In this document: positions 55,533 through 64,000 of the stretch, one piece after another
Numbering within the stretch: the stretch's first letter is position 1
How the letters are laid out: each line of letters begins with the position of its first letter
Assembly: GCA_902579195.1 (NCBI GenBank)
Contig: CACHFV010000001.1
Location: 109,213 to 173,212 of the forward strand
Origin: an uncultured SAR86 cluster bacterium
Lineage (GTDB): Bacteria > Pseudomonadota > Gammaproteobacteria > Magnimaribacterales > TMED112
Direction of reading: 5' to 3'
DNA length: 64,000 nt
Program-made: the position numbers and the translations under genes
The notes under the pieces: model-generated
Told to the model about the DNA's origin: nothing
Database searches by the model: none
What the model saw: only the letters and a program-made list of their open reading frames with translations

Positions 55533-56601
55533 TAAATTCCTCTATTTCAATATGAAAGCCTTGTAGTCCACTATACTTCGTTGGAGTTCCAATGGATCTA
55601 ATTTTAGATAAGCCCAGAGACCTTAAGATTTGTGCACCTGTTCCCACTACTTTCCTATTTCTTTTTTGTAGCTCAGGCTCACCTTTAAGTTGTGAAAGCC
55701 AATACGACTTCGCGTCTCTATGATTAATCAATACAAAAACTGCCTCATCTTCTTTTGAAAGTCTCTCCAGCGATTTTCTAATTGACCATTTCTTTCCAAC
55801 TTCCTTAATGCCTAAAGTATCTTGTAGAACACTATGAGTTTGTACTCGAACAATTGGCGATTTTGCTTTGGAGATCTCACCTTTACTTAAGGAAAAATGA
55901 TGTTCTTTAAAAATCACATCTTCCCAAACATTGAGTTCAAATTCACCAAATTCAGTGTCAATTTTTTTTGTGAGTATTTTTTCCACTGTAGACTCTTTTG
56001 ATGAACGAAAATCAATAAGGTCTTCGATAGTACCAACCTTTAAATCAAATTTTTCACCGAACTTAATTAAGTCATCCCTACGTGCCATTGTTCCGTCATC
56101 ATTCATTATTTCGCATATAACTCCAGCTGCTGAAAATCCTGCAAGTTTTGCAAGATCACATGCTGCCTCGGTATGTCCAGCCCTAGCAAGAACTCCACCT
56201 GCCATTGCTTGCAATGGAAACACATGTCCTGGTTGCACAATATCTTCTTCTGTAGCATCAGGTGAAACAGCTGTTTGAATGGTATGCGCTCTATCTTTTG
56301 CAGAAATTCCTGTTGTAATTCCTTCTTTAGCTTCGATAGAAACTGTGAAAGCGGTTTTGTTGCTTGTCATATTATTCGATGTCATTGGTTTTAGATTAAG
56401 TTTTTTACATTTCTTATCATCCAATGCTAGACATATAAGACCACGACCATGCGTTGCCATGAAATTGATTATTTCTGGAGTTACAGCTTCAGCTGCGCAT
56501 ATAAGGTCTCCCTCATTCTCGCGATCTTCATCGTCGAGAATGATAACCATTTTCCCATTACGCAGGTCTTCTATGATTTCTGTTGTCTTATTTTTTAACA
56601 T
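55522..56601 (-). CDS. ribB: 3,4-dihydroxy-2-butanone-4-phosphate synthase fused to a Cys-less GTP cyclohydrolase II-like domain (RibBX type)
   Basis: The N-terminal half has DDEDRENEGDLI, RAGHTEAA and CEIMNDDG. The C-terminal half keeps the GCH II-like fold motifs (GTGAQILRSLG) but has no Cys where RibA has its zinc ligands (C-x10-C-x-C). Confidence 0.9.
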   Translation of the reverse strand: MLKNKTTEIIEDLRNGKMVIILDDEDRENEGDLICAAEAVTPEIINFMATHGRGLICLALDDKKCKKLNLKPMTSNNMTSNKTAFTVSIEAKEGITTGISAKDRAHTIQTAVSPDATEEDIVQPGHVFPLQAMAGGVLARAGHTEAACDLAKLAGFSAAGVICEIMNDDGTMARRDDLIKFGEKFDLKVGTIEDLIDFRSSKESTVEKILTKKIDTEFGEFELNVWEDVIFKEHHFSLSKGEISKAKSPIVRVQTHSVLQDTLGIKEVGKKWSIRKSLERLSKEDEAVFVLINHRDAKSYWLSQLKGEPELQKRNRKVVGTGAQILRSLGLSKIRSIGTPTKYSGLQGFHIEIEEFIDE

Positions 56602-57590
56602 TTCACGAATTTAGTTTTTTTATCTCGGTCAATTGTATACGAAGATGTATGTTTAAAACCAAATTTCTCAATTGTATTACCATCATGAAACCAGGAAACA
56701 CCTTTTGGTCCAATTGGGTCTGGTGATTGATATACAACCAATTCTTCACACAAACCATTTTCTAAAAATGCATTAACTAATTTTGGTCCTGCCTCCACTA
56801 GTGCAGAACATATGTCTTCATCGATTAAAGAATGAAACACATCTTGAAGATCTCTAGAATCAATTATGCTGACAGGGGCACCAAAGAACTTTAAACCTTT
56901 ATCCCAGTTAGATTCTGAGCTCAGCAAAATTTTTTTTGGTTGATTGATTGGATAATTAACTCGCGCATTCATCTGTGGATTGTCATTCCTAACAGTATTG
57001 CCCCCTGTGATAATGGCATCATGCTCAGCACGCAAATGCTGAACATCTTCTCTAGCTGCAGATGATGTTATCCATTTGATGCTTCCATCTTCAGCATGAG
57101 ACATGCCGTCACTCGATGAAGCAATTTTTATAGTAATGAACGGGCGTTTATGAATATGCCGAAAGAAGAAAAATTTATTGGCATCTGCAACTTCGCTTGC
57201 CAAAACGCCATGCACAACATCTATATTTGCATCTATAAGTTTTTGTATGCCCTGACCTGCTACTTTTGGGTTTGGGTCTAAAGCACCTATAACAACTTTT
57301 TTAATGCCAGACTGAATAATAGAATCAGTGCAGGGTGGGGTTTTACCAAAATGATTGCACGGCTCTAAGGTGACATAAAGTGTTAAATCATCCTTGGGCA
57401 ATGTTTTATCAAGATTATTCAAACAATTAATCTCAGCATGATTTTTTCCCCAAGATTCATGAGCGCCTTGAGCAATAATTTCACCATTTCTCACTACCAA
57501 GGCTCCAACTACTGGATTTGGTTTGGCTGTAAACTTAAAATCTTTAGATAAATCTAAAGCAACTTGCATTAGTTCTATTTGAGTCATCAA
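56595..57590 (-). CDS. ribD: Riboflavin biosynthesis deaminase/reductase
   Basis: Deaminase zinc motif HAEINC and [14 protein letters not shown], followed by a reductase domain. Confidence 0.9.
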   Translation of the reverse strand: MMTQIELMQVALDLSKDFKFTAKPNPVVGALVVRNGEIIAQGAHESWGKNHAEINCLNNLDKTLPKDDLTLYVTLEPCNHFGKTPPCTDSIIQSGIKKVVIGALDPNPKVAGQGIQKLIDANIDVVHGVLASEVADANKFFFFRHIHKRPFITIKIASSSDGMSHAEDGSIKWITSSAAREDVQHLRAEHDAIITGGNTVRNDNPQMNARVNYPINQPKKILLSSESNWDKGLKFFGAPVSIIDSRDLQDVFHSLIDEDICSALVEAGPKLVNAFLENGLCEELVVYQSPDPIGPKGVSWFHDGNTIEKFGFKHTSSYTIDRDKKTKFVKC

Positions 57591-58039
57591 TCTTTTGATA
57601 ATTCAGACACTTCATCAGCAAAGTCTTTGATGTCCTGAAAGTTTTGATAGACAGATGCATACCGGACATACGCAACTTGATCAAGCTCTTTGAGGTGAGC
57701 CATGACTTGCTTACCTAGAACTTGAGAATTTACCTCTCGCTCCCCAATTTTTCTGACATAGTCTTTAATTTTTTGAACAGCATCTTCTATTTTTTCAGAG
57801 GCTACTGGTCTTTTTTCCAGAGCTTTATGAAATCCAGCCCTGAGTTTGGTTTCATCAAATGGTTCCCTTCTTTCATTTGATTTAATGATTCTTGGCATAA
57901 CAAGTTCAGCCTCTTCATATGTTGAGAATCTTTCACCACATTCCGTGCACTCTCTTCGCCGTTTTATCTGTGAGCCTCCTGCTACCAGACGTGAATCAAC
58001 TACCTTTGTTTCTTCATTTGTACAAAATGGACAAAACAT
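57587..58039 (-). CDS. nrdR: Transcriptional repressor NrdR
   Basis: MFCPFC...[15 protein letters not shown] zinc ribbon plus an ATP-cone domain. Confidence 0.95.
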   Translation of the reverse strand: MFCPFCTNEETKVVDSRLVAGGSQIKRRRECTECGERFSTYEEAELVMPRIIKSNERREPFDETKLRAGFHKALEKRPVASEKIEDAVQKIKDYVRKIGEREVNSQVLGKQVMAHLKELDQVAYVRYASVYQNFQDIKDFADEVSELSKD

Positions 58040-59304
58040 TATTTATAAACTGGAAATCTTTTACATAGCTCTAAAGCCATATTTTTGATTTCTTTCAACT
58101 TTTCCTCATCATCTTTATTCTCAATAGCATCACAAATTAAATCAACTACATATCGAGATTCATTTTCAAGAAATCCCCTTGTGGTAATAGCAGGCGTACC
58201 AATTCTTATACCAGAGGTCACAAACGGAGACTCTGGGTCATTTGGAATCGAATTCTTATTAACAGTAATATTTGCTCTACCTAAAAGCTCCTCAACATCT
58301 TTACCCGTAACACCTTTATTACGCAGATCCATAAGCAGCAAATGATTGTCAGTTTTAGGCTGCACAAGATTGAACCCTCTGTCTTTAAACTGCTCACACA
58401 TAGCCTGAGCATTTGAGATTATTTGTTTTTGGTAAGCAACAAAAGAATCGCTCATAGCTTCTTTGAAACAAATAGCTTTTGCGGCAATCACATGCATCAA
58501 AGGACCACCTTGCGATCCTGGAAAAACGGCAAAATTGAGCTTTTTTTGAAATTCTTCATTTTCATTGGACAGAATAATTCCAGATCTTGGACCTCGTAAT
58601 GATTTATGTGTGGTGCTTGTAACAACATGTGCATATTCAACTGGGCTTGGATAAACACCCCCTGCGACAAGACCAGAGACATGAGCCATGTCAACCATCA
58701 GATACGCGCCAACTGAATCAGCGATTTCTCTGAATTTTTTCCAATCCACTATTCCCATATATGCTGAAAAACCTGCCACTATTACTTTGGGTTTATGTTC
58801 TTCTGCCAATTTCTTAACAGCTGCATAATCAATTTCACCACTTTTTTCATCCAGCCCATATTGAATCGCGTTGAAATTCTTACCAGAAAAATTAACTTTT
58901 GCTCCATGAGTTAAGTGACCGCCTTGATCAAGAGCCATTCCAAGGAAGGTGTCGCCTGGCTCAAGCAATGCAAGAAATACTGCAGCATTAGCCGAAGCAC
59001 CAGAATGTGGTTGAACATTTGCGTACTTAACATTAAAAAGCTGTTTAGCACGCTCAATAGCGAGAGTTTCTGCTCCGTCTACATGTTCGCATCCACCATA
59101 GTAACGCTTGTTTGGATAACCTTCTGCATACTTATTTGTCAGCACGCTACCTTGAGCTTCAAGAATACGCTTTGAAGCATAATTTTCTGATGCAATCAGC
59201 TCTATATGCTCTTCTTGTCTGTTTAGTTCTCGATCAAGAAATACTGATAATTCCGGATCGTAGTTTGAAATATCTTTATTTTGATTTGCTTTAAATTCGT
59301 TCAT
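58039..59304 (-). CDS. glyA: Serine hydroxymethyltransferase
   Basis: [19 protein letters not shown], and the PLP-lysine region [16 protein letters not shown]. Confidence 0.97.
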   Translation of the reverse strand: MNEFKANQNKDISNYDPELSVFLDRELNRQEEHIELIASENYASKRILEAQGSVLTNKYAEGYPNKRYYGGCEHVDGAETLAIERAKQLFNVKYANVQPHSGASANAAVFLALLEPGDTFLGMALDQGGHLTHGAKVNFSGKNFNAIQYGLDEKSGEIDYAAVKKLAEEHKPKVIVAGFSAYMGIVDWKKFREIADSVGAYLMVDMAHVSGLVAGGVYPSPVEYAHVVTSTTHKSLRGPRSGIILSNENEEFQKKLNFAVFPGSQGGPLMHVIAAKAICFKEAMSDSFVAYQKQIISNAQAMCEQFKDRGFNLVQPKTDNHLLLMDLRNKGVTGKDVEELLGRANITVNKNSIPNDPESPFVTSGIRIGTPAITTRGFLENESRYVVDLICDAIENKDDEEKLKEIKNMALELCKRFPVYK

Positions 59305-59958
59305 TTATGGCTTCTTATGTTTAAATTTTGATTTTCTATTAGGGTAGCAAGTCTTGCATATCGAGCATTCAAGACCAAAACAACCTCTTGCAGGACAATA
59401 GCTCCTAGCATACATAATAATTTGTATATGGAGTTTATTCCATTTTTCTGAAGGGAAAAGCTTCTTTAAATCTCTTTCTGTTTGTTGAACAGACCGGCCA
59501 TTAGATAAACCCCATCTTTGTGCACATCTGTGAATATGGGTATCAACAGGAAATGCTGGGATATTAAATGCTTGTGAAATAACTACCGATGCTGTTTTGT
59601 GCCCCACACCAGGTAATTTTTCAAGATTAGCTAGATCGTCTGGAACTTTTCCATTGTGTTCCTCAACCAGAATTCTAGATAAATTTTTTATGGCTTTTGA
59701 TTTTTGTGGTCCCAATCCACATGGTTTTATAATTTCATAGATTTCTTCTTGGGACAAAAGCATCATTTTCTCTGGCTTTCTAGCTTTTTTAAATAATTTT
59801 GGGGTTATTTGATTAACTCTTTCATCAGTACATTGAGCTGACAGCAAAACGGCAATCAATAATGTGTATGTGTCATCATGATTTAGTGGAACGTCTGGAT
59901 TAGGAAAGTCTCTATCAAGAAATTTTTGGATAACCTTTGTTCTTTCGCTTTTTTTCAA
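59305..59958 (-). CDS. nth: Endonuclease III
   Basis: HhH-GPD: LPGVGHKTASVV and VDTHIHR, plus a C-terminal Fe-S Cys cluster. Its stop abuts the glyA start codon. Confidence 0.9.
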   Translation of the reverse strand: MKKSERTKVIQKFLDRDFPNPDVPLNHDDTYTLLIAVLLSAQCTDERVNQITPKLFKKARKPEKMMLLSQEEIYEIIKPCGLGPQKSKAIKNLSRILVEEHNGKVPDDLANLEKLPGVGHKTASVVISQAFNIPAFPVDTHIHRCAQRWGLSNGRSVQQTERDLKKLFPSEKWNKLHIQIIMYARSYCPARGCFGLECSICKTCYPNRKSKFKHKKP

Positions 59959-60028
59959 TGTTTTAAATGTTTGCTTACTACTTATATTGTTATATCATAA
60001 ATACATTAATTTCTTATGGGAGAGAGTT

Positions 60029-63010
60029 ATGAGATACATACTATTTCTACTAGCGTTATTAGTTAGTTCTTTTTCTTTTGCTCAAGATTCCGAATCAAAT
60101 GATTTAGAAAACATTGAGGAAGTCGTTACATCGGCTTTAAGAAGAGAAACAGCACTACAAGATACTGGTCTTGCTATTACAGTGATATCAGCTTCAGACA
60201 TTGAGTCAAAGAACTTGAAAGAGTTTTATGACTTTCAATTTAATGTACCAGGTGTTCTATTCCAAAAAGCAAACTTCTCAGGATCTGCTGTGCAGATTAG
60301 AGGTATGACATCTTATGCTACGGGTGGATCATTCTCAGGTATTGTAACTTACCGTGAAGATGATAATACCTTCGGTGGTGGGTCAATGGCTTTCAATGAG
60401 CTTTGGGATATTGACTCTTTTGAAGTTTTAAGAGGACCACAAGGAACACTTTATGGTGGTAACAACCCAGGCGGTACATTCATTATCAACTCAGTTGACC
60501 CAGGTGAAGAAGCTGATGGCTATATTAAAGCAGAATTTGGTGATCTTAACTTAGAAAGATACAGCGGTGCTGTAACTTTAAATCCTGGTGGCGCTCTCAG
60601 AACTAGAGTATCTTTTAGATCAACACAAAGAGATGGTTATGTAACTAATGAATTCAATGGTGAAGACATAGATAACAGGGCTTATCTTGGAGTTAGAGCT
60701 AAGACAATTTGGGATATTGATGACAACGCATCAGTTAAATTGACACTCAGACATAATGAGGAAAGCGACGCAAGATTAAGATCACAAAGAGCTGCGTGTA
60801 ACCCTAACCCGATAATGGGTTGTGATCAGTGGGGTGATTTTCCAACAATGGGAGCAACACATTCAGGGGTCACAGCTTTCTCAACGATAGACTATGTCAC
60901 CCTAAACTATCCAGGAGATGTGGTTTTACCAGATCTATCGTTAAGTTACAGTGATGGTGCCGACTTTTTTGAGGAACTAGATAGAACATCCCTCAGAACA
61001 AACCCAAGATTGCAAAGAGCTGACTGGAGTGCAAGTTTAAACTATGAGAGAGTGCTTAACGATGAGTGGACATTGAACTTCATTGCCGGTTACACCAAGC
61101 AAGAATACGCACACATGCAGAGCTTAAATGGATACGCATCAAATAGAGATTACAGAATGGGCCCTATCGTAACAGACATGCTGGGTTTAGGCATGAATGA
61201 GTACAATACTGATGAGTCGCTTGATAACTCAACATCAAACTATGATGATAATAAGTATGAGGTAAGGCTTACCTCAGATTCATTAACAACTGGTTTGTAT
61301 CATGAAATAAGCTCTGGATTTGTAGGTTATGAGGTTGTTACTCCTGGGTTTCATTATTACTCAGATGTTTCTAAAGGTCCAGTTGGTAACATGTATCCTG
61401 ATTTAGGTGGATACGGTGGTCTAGGTTTCTGGGGAACATACTTTGGTGCCTATGGTGGAAACCTTGAAGATAATATTGGTGACGCTATCTTAGCAGCAGC
61501 CATCGGTTACGTTGGTGCTGATCCAACTACTCCAGATCAAATTGCTGCTTTGATCCCAGATCTTTTAGCAGCAGGTCAATGTACAGACCCTAATGGTGAC
61601 TGTGTGGTGCTTGCACAACAACTTCTTATTGGAAATGCAGCTGCATTGCCACAAGTCTTAGGCCTTGGTTACCAAAATGGTGTAATGGCTTCGCATGATG
61701 AAGCAGCAAATGCAATCAGAACGATTGCTGCATTAGGAGCTAACTATGCCCTTGCTGGTGTGCCTTATCCAGTAACACCTGCGCTTCAGCCTTGGCAGCA
61801 ACGATTCCAGTCATGGAACAAATCATTTTTTGATACATGGGGTTTATTTGCAGAGTGGAATGGTGAAATTGATGAAAGAACCAGATGGACAGCTGGCGGT
61901 AGGTTCAACTTCATCACAAAGAGAGATGTAGTTTTAGACGGTGCAATGGATCTTACTGGTTCACTATCAGGTTACAACAGCACTGCAGCACTTGCTGCTG
62001 GCGTACCAAATGGATTCCCAGTTGTTCCTGAACTTGAAGAAGACTTTAACGAATTTACAGGTAGAGTTGTTGTTGATAGAAAGCTTGATGATGGAACTTT
62101 AGTTTATGCAAAATTTGATAGAGGTCTTAAATCTGGCGGTTTTAACCCAACAACAACTTCAGGCACTGATGGCATTTCAGATGGCGTAGTTTCATTAGTC
62201 GATCCTGAGATTCATAACGTTATAGAATTTGGAACCAAAGGTTCATACCTAGGTGGTTCTTTGACATTAAATACAGCTGCCTTCTTCAACAGTATTGGTG
62301 GCATGCAATTGCAAAAAATTGTTGGCTTATCATCACAGACTTTCAACACTGATGTGAATGTTATGGGTGTTGAAGTTGAAGCACTGTATGCGCCAAATAC
62401 CTATTCAAGATTTAATTTTGTTGGAGCCTATAATACGTCAGAGATAGATGGTTATTCAGATTATGATCCGAGAAACCCATATGGTGTTTCCTCAACTTCA
62501 GGAGGTGTTGATGTTTTACCTGGCGGTACTATAGTTGGTATGACAGATGTCGGCCCACTTTACAGATCTTTTGGTGGTATGTGTCAAGCTTACTTTAATG
62601 TATTGCTAAATATACCATGTGTTGATGATGGTCCAGTTATGCAAGACCTTTCAGGTCGTTCATTGCCAGCTGTGCCAGAGGTTTCATATTCAATTGGTGG
62701 TGAAGTTGATTTCATTAATGATGAAAGAGGTATGCTTACTGCAAGACTTGATTATATCTACAGAGGTGATATCTACTTATCTGTCTTCAACAATCCACAT
62801 GAATTTGTTGATGGTTTTGACTTCATGAACTTTGATTTAAGCTTCACCACACCAGATGGTAAGTGGGGCGTTGATCTCTATGTTCATAACTTAGAAGATA
62901 AAGAAGTGATTACCGGTGGTTTTGTGGGATCTGTACAAAATGGTGGTGGCTTTAACCTATTTATGCAGGAACCAATGAACGGAGGTATATCAATCATATA
63001 TAACTTCTAA
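60029..63010 (+). CDS. Large TonB-dependent receptor (993 aa from the preferred start) with an Ala/Gly/Leu-rich insertion
   Basis: The preferred ATG 60029 follows gggagagag. The signal peptide is MRYILFLLALLVSSFSFAQD and the TonB box is IEEVVTSAL. The plug is VQIRGM...FEVLRGPQGTLYGGNNPGGTFII and the C-terminus is GGISIIYNF. The track start 59987 looks like an upstream extension. Confidence 0.85.
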   Translation: MRYILFLLALLVSSFSFAQDSESNDLENIEEVVTSALRRETALQDTGLAITVISASDIESKNLKEFYDFQFNVPGVLFQKANFSGSAVQIRGMTSYATGGSFSGIVTYREDDNTFGGGSMAFNELWDIDSFEVLRGPQGTLYGGNNPGGTFIINSVDPGEEADGYIKAEFGDLNLERYSGAVTLNPGGALRTRVSFRSTQRDGYVTNEFNGEDIDNRAYLGVRAKTIWDIDDNASVKLTLRHNEESDARLRSQRAACNPNPIMGCDQWGDFPTMGATHSGVTAFSTIDYVTLNYPGDVVLPDLSLSYSDGADFFEELDRTSLRTNPRLQRADWSASLNYERVLNDEWTLNFIAGYTKQEYAHMQSLNGYASNRDYRMGPIVTDMLGLGMNEYNTDESLDNSTSNYDDNKYEVRLTSDSLTTGLYHEISSGFVGYEVVTPGFHYYSDVSKGPVGNMYPDLGGYGGLGFWGTYFGAYGGNLEDNIGDAILAAAIGYVGADPTTPDQIAALIPDLLAAGQCTDPNGDCVVLAQQLLIGNAAALPQVLGLGYQNGVMASHDEAANAIRTIAALGANYALAGVPYPVTPALQPWQQRFQSWNKSFFDTWGLFAEWNGEIDERTRWTAGGRFNFITKRDVVLDGAMDLTGSLSGYNSTAALAAGVPNGFPVVPELEEDFNEFTGRVVVDRKLDDGTLVYAKFDRGLKSGGFNPTTTSGTDGISDGVVSLVDPEIHNVIEFGTKGSYLGGSLTLNTAAFFNSIGGMQLQKIVGLSSQTFNTDVNVMGVEVEALYAPNTYSRFNFVGAYNTSEIDGYSDYDPRNPYGVSSTSGGVDVLPGGTIVGMTDVGPLYRSFGGMCQAYFNVLLNIPCVDDGPVMQDLSGRSLPAVPEVSYSIGGEVDFINDERGMLTARLDYIYRGDIYLSVFNNPHEFVDGFDFMNFDLSFTTPDGKWGVDLYVHNLEDKEVITGGFVGSVQNGGGFNLFMQEPMNGGISIIYNF

Positions 63011-63033
63011 AATATAAGAAATTATTTAAAATA

Positions 63034-63061
63034 AAACCTCCGCTTCGGCGGAGGTTTTTTT
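63034..63061 (+). terminator. Rho-independent terminator
   Basis: 10-bp stem aaacctccgc / gcggaggttt with a ttcg tetraloop, running into a T tract. It lies 24 nt after the TBDR stop. Confidence 0.85.
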
Positions 63062-63376
63062 ATGGAAATTAAAAACATCAATAAATACTTAGAGAATCTT
63101 GTTAAGGCACTTGGCGAAGAAAACGAGGCCAATCGTCAAATGCTGGATAACTTTTATAGTTATCTTGAAACAAATGACAAAATGTATCTTAGAGCGGCAG
63201 ATAAACAGATGCGTGAGATTTTAAAAGGCGCAGGTTTTGGCATACTTCTTATCCTGCCTTTTTCGCCAATAACAATCCCTTATTTGTTTAGAAGAGCAGA
63301 AAAGCTTGGGATCGATATAATTCCTAAATGGTACAAGAAGCTTGATTTGAAAGAAGACCAAAACAAGTTAGAATAG
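63062..63376 (+). CDS. Small hypothetical protein with one hydrophobic hairpin segment
   Basis: 104 aa. ILKGAGFGILLILPFSPITIPYLF is flanked by charged helices. The ATG abuts the terminator T tract, so expression is uncertain. Confidence 0.45.
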   Translation: MEIKNINKYLENLVKALGEENEANRQMLDNFYSYLETNDKMYLRAADKQMREILKGAGFGILLILPFSPITIPYLFRRAEKLGIDIIPKWYKKLDLKEDQNKLE

Positions 63377-63395
63377 AGCTTTCCGGAGGTAAACA

Positions 63396-64000
63396 ATGAA
63401 AAACGTAGTAATAGTTGATAGTGTAAGAACAGGCTTAGCAAAATCATTTAGAGGCACATTTAATATGACGAGGGGTGATGACATGATCACTCATTTAATT
63501 GATGCAATTCTAGACAGAAATCCAAACTTACCAGCAGATGCAGTTGAAGATGTAATCATGGGTTGTGGAAACCCAGAGGGGGCAACTGGCCATAATATTG
63601 GGCGTAATGCAGTTGTTTTATCAAAACTTCCGTTAACAGTTGGTGGGACAACAGTAAATAGATACTGCTCATCCGGTCTTCAAACAATTTCTATGGCAGC
63701 AGGACAAATTATGGCTGGATGTTACGATACCGTTATTGCAGGTGGTGTTGAATCAATTAGTATGGTTCAGCCAAAAATGAATCTTGATAATTTTGTGAAT
63801 CCAAAGATCAATGAAAACAATCCTGGTATTTATTTTCCAATGGGCACAACCGCAGAAGTTGTTGCAAAAAGATATAACGTCTCCAGAGAAGCGCAGGATG
63901 AGTACTCCTTGCAAAGTCAACTAAGAACTGCAGAAGCTCAAGAAGCTGGCAGATACGACGATGAAATTATACCGATGAAGACCCAAATGCTTTTAACAAA
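63396..64000 (+). CDS. Acetyl-CoA acetyltransferase / 3-ketoacyl-CoA thiolase (N-terminal part, runs off the window)
   Basis: Not in the track because it is open at the window edge. SD ggaggt, then ATG 63396. My translation is MKNVVIVDSVRTGLAKSFRGTF...VNRYCSSGLQTISMAAGQIMAG...IAGGVESIS, which includes the thiolase active-site Cys region. Confidence 0.85.
   Translation, partial: MKNVVIVDSVRTGLAKSFRGTFNMTRGDDMITHLIDAILDRNPNLPADAVEDVIMGCGNPEGATGHNIGRNAVVLSKLPLTVGGTTVNRYCSSGLQTISMAAGQIMAGCYDTVIAGGVESISMVQPKMNLDNFVNPKINENNPGIYFPMGTTAEVVAKRYNVSREAQDEYSLQSQLRTAEAQEAGRYDDEIIPMKTQMLLT

Noticed and set aside
56595-58039. Searched for an FMN riboswitch in front of the riboflavin genes
   Set aside because: nrdR, ribD, ribB-fusion, ribH and nusB overlap or abut one another, and no untranslated leader exists. 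No FMN-element core sequence was seen.
59988-60000. TGTTATATCATAA upstream of the large TBDR gene, considered as a Zur or Fur box
   Set aside because: Only the left half (TGTTATA) matches the Zur palindrome, and the right half does not. In AT-rich DNA such a half-site is expected by chance. I also found no Zur- or Fur-like palindrome upstream of 23935 or 24244.
59987-60028. Upstream extension of the large TBDR ORF (MLYHKYINFLWERV...)
   Set aside because: The extension precedes a textbook signal peptide that starts at Met 60029, which has its own SD (gggagagag). The extra 14 residues would bury the signal peptide.

Overview
This is a 64 kb, very compact, visibly AT-rich chromosomal segment (G+C not computed). 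I infer a streamlined marine-type gammaproteobacterium, possibly SAR86-like, from gene order (tyrS/M23/anmK/erpA, aroK-aroB, miaA-hflKC-purA, nrdR-ribD-ribBA-ribH-nusB), four TonB-dependent receptors (TBDRs) and almost no intergenic DNA. I support about 66 protein genes, 2 tRNAs (Ile-GAU and Ala-UGC, both outside any rRNA operon), 1 TPP riboswitch and 2 clear intrinsic terminators. I saw no rRNA, CRISPR array, transposase, integrase or phage genes. Housekeeping blocks cover heme (hemL, hemG, hemE), riboflavin, shikimate, lipid A/Kdo (lpxL, waaA), purA, glyA, gap and PBP1A. Between them sit accessory uptake loci. (1) A 995-aa internally duplicated lipoprotein of unknown family lies next to a carbohydrate-type TBDR, which is followed by arsC and an aquaporin. 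(2) A TPP riboswitch controls a TBDR, a PnuC-family transporter and a thiamine-kinase-like gene. (3) A TBDR with four His/Glu/Asp-only insertions is flanked by a small secreted protein and a MerC-like membrane protein, which suggests metal, possibly zinc, import. (4) A phosphatase pair sits next to a nucleotide-transporter-like permease. (5) A 993-aa TBDR carries an Ala/Gly/Leu-rich insertion. Also notable are a DksA with only two of the four zinc-finger cysteines, miaA fused directly to hflK with no hfq or hflX between them, a glycosyltransferase/methyltransferase/QW-repeat operon next to lipid A genes, and a diiron oxygenase/SDR/thioesterase trio. All functional calls come from reading motifs in the supplied translations. 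No database search was run.
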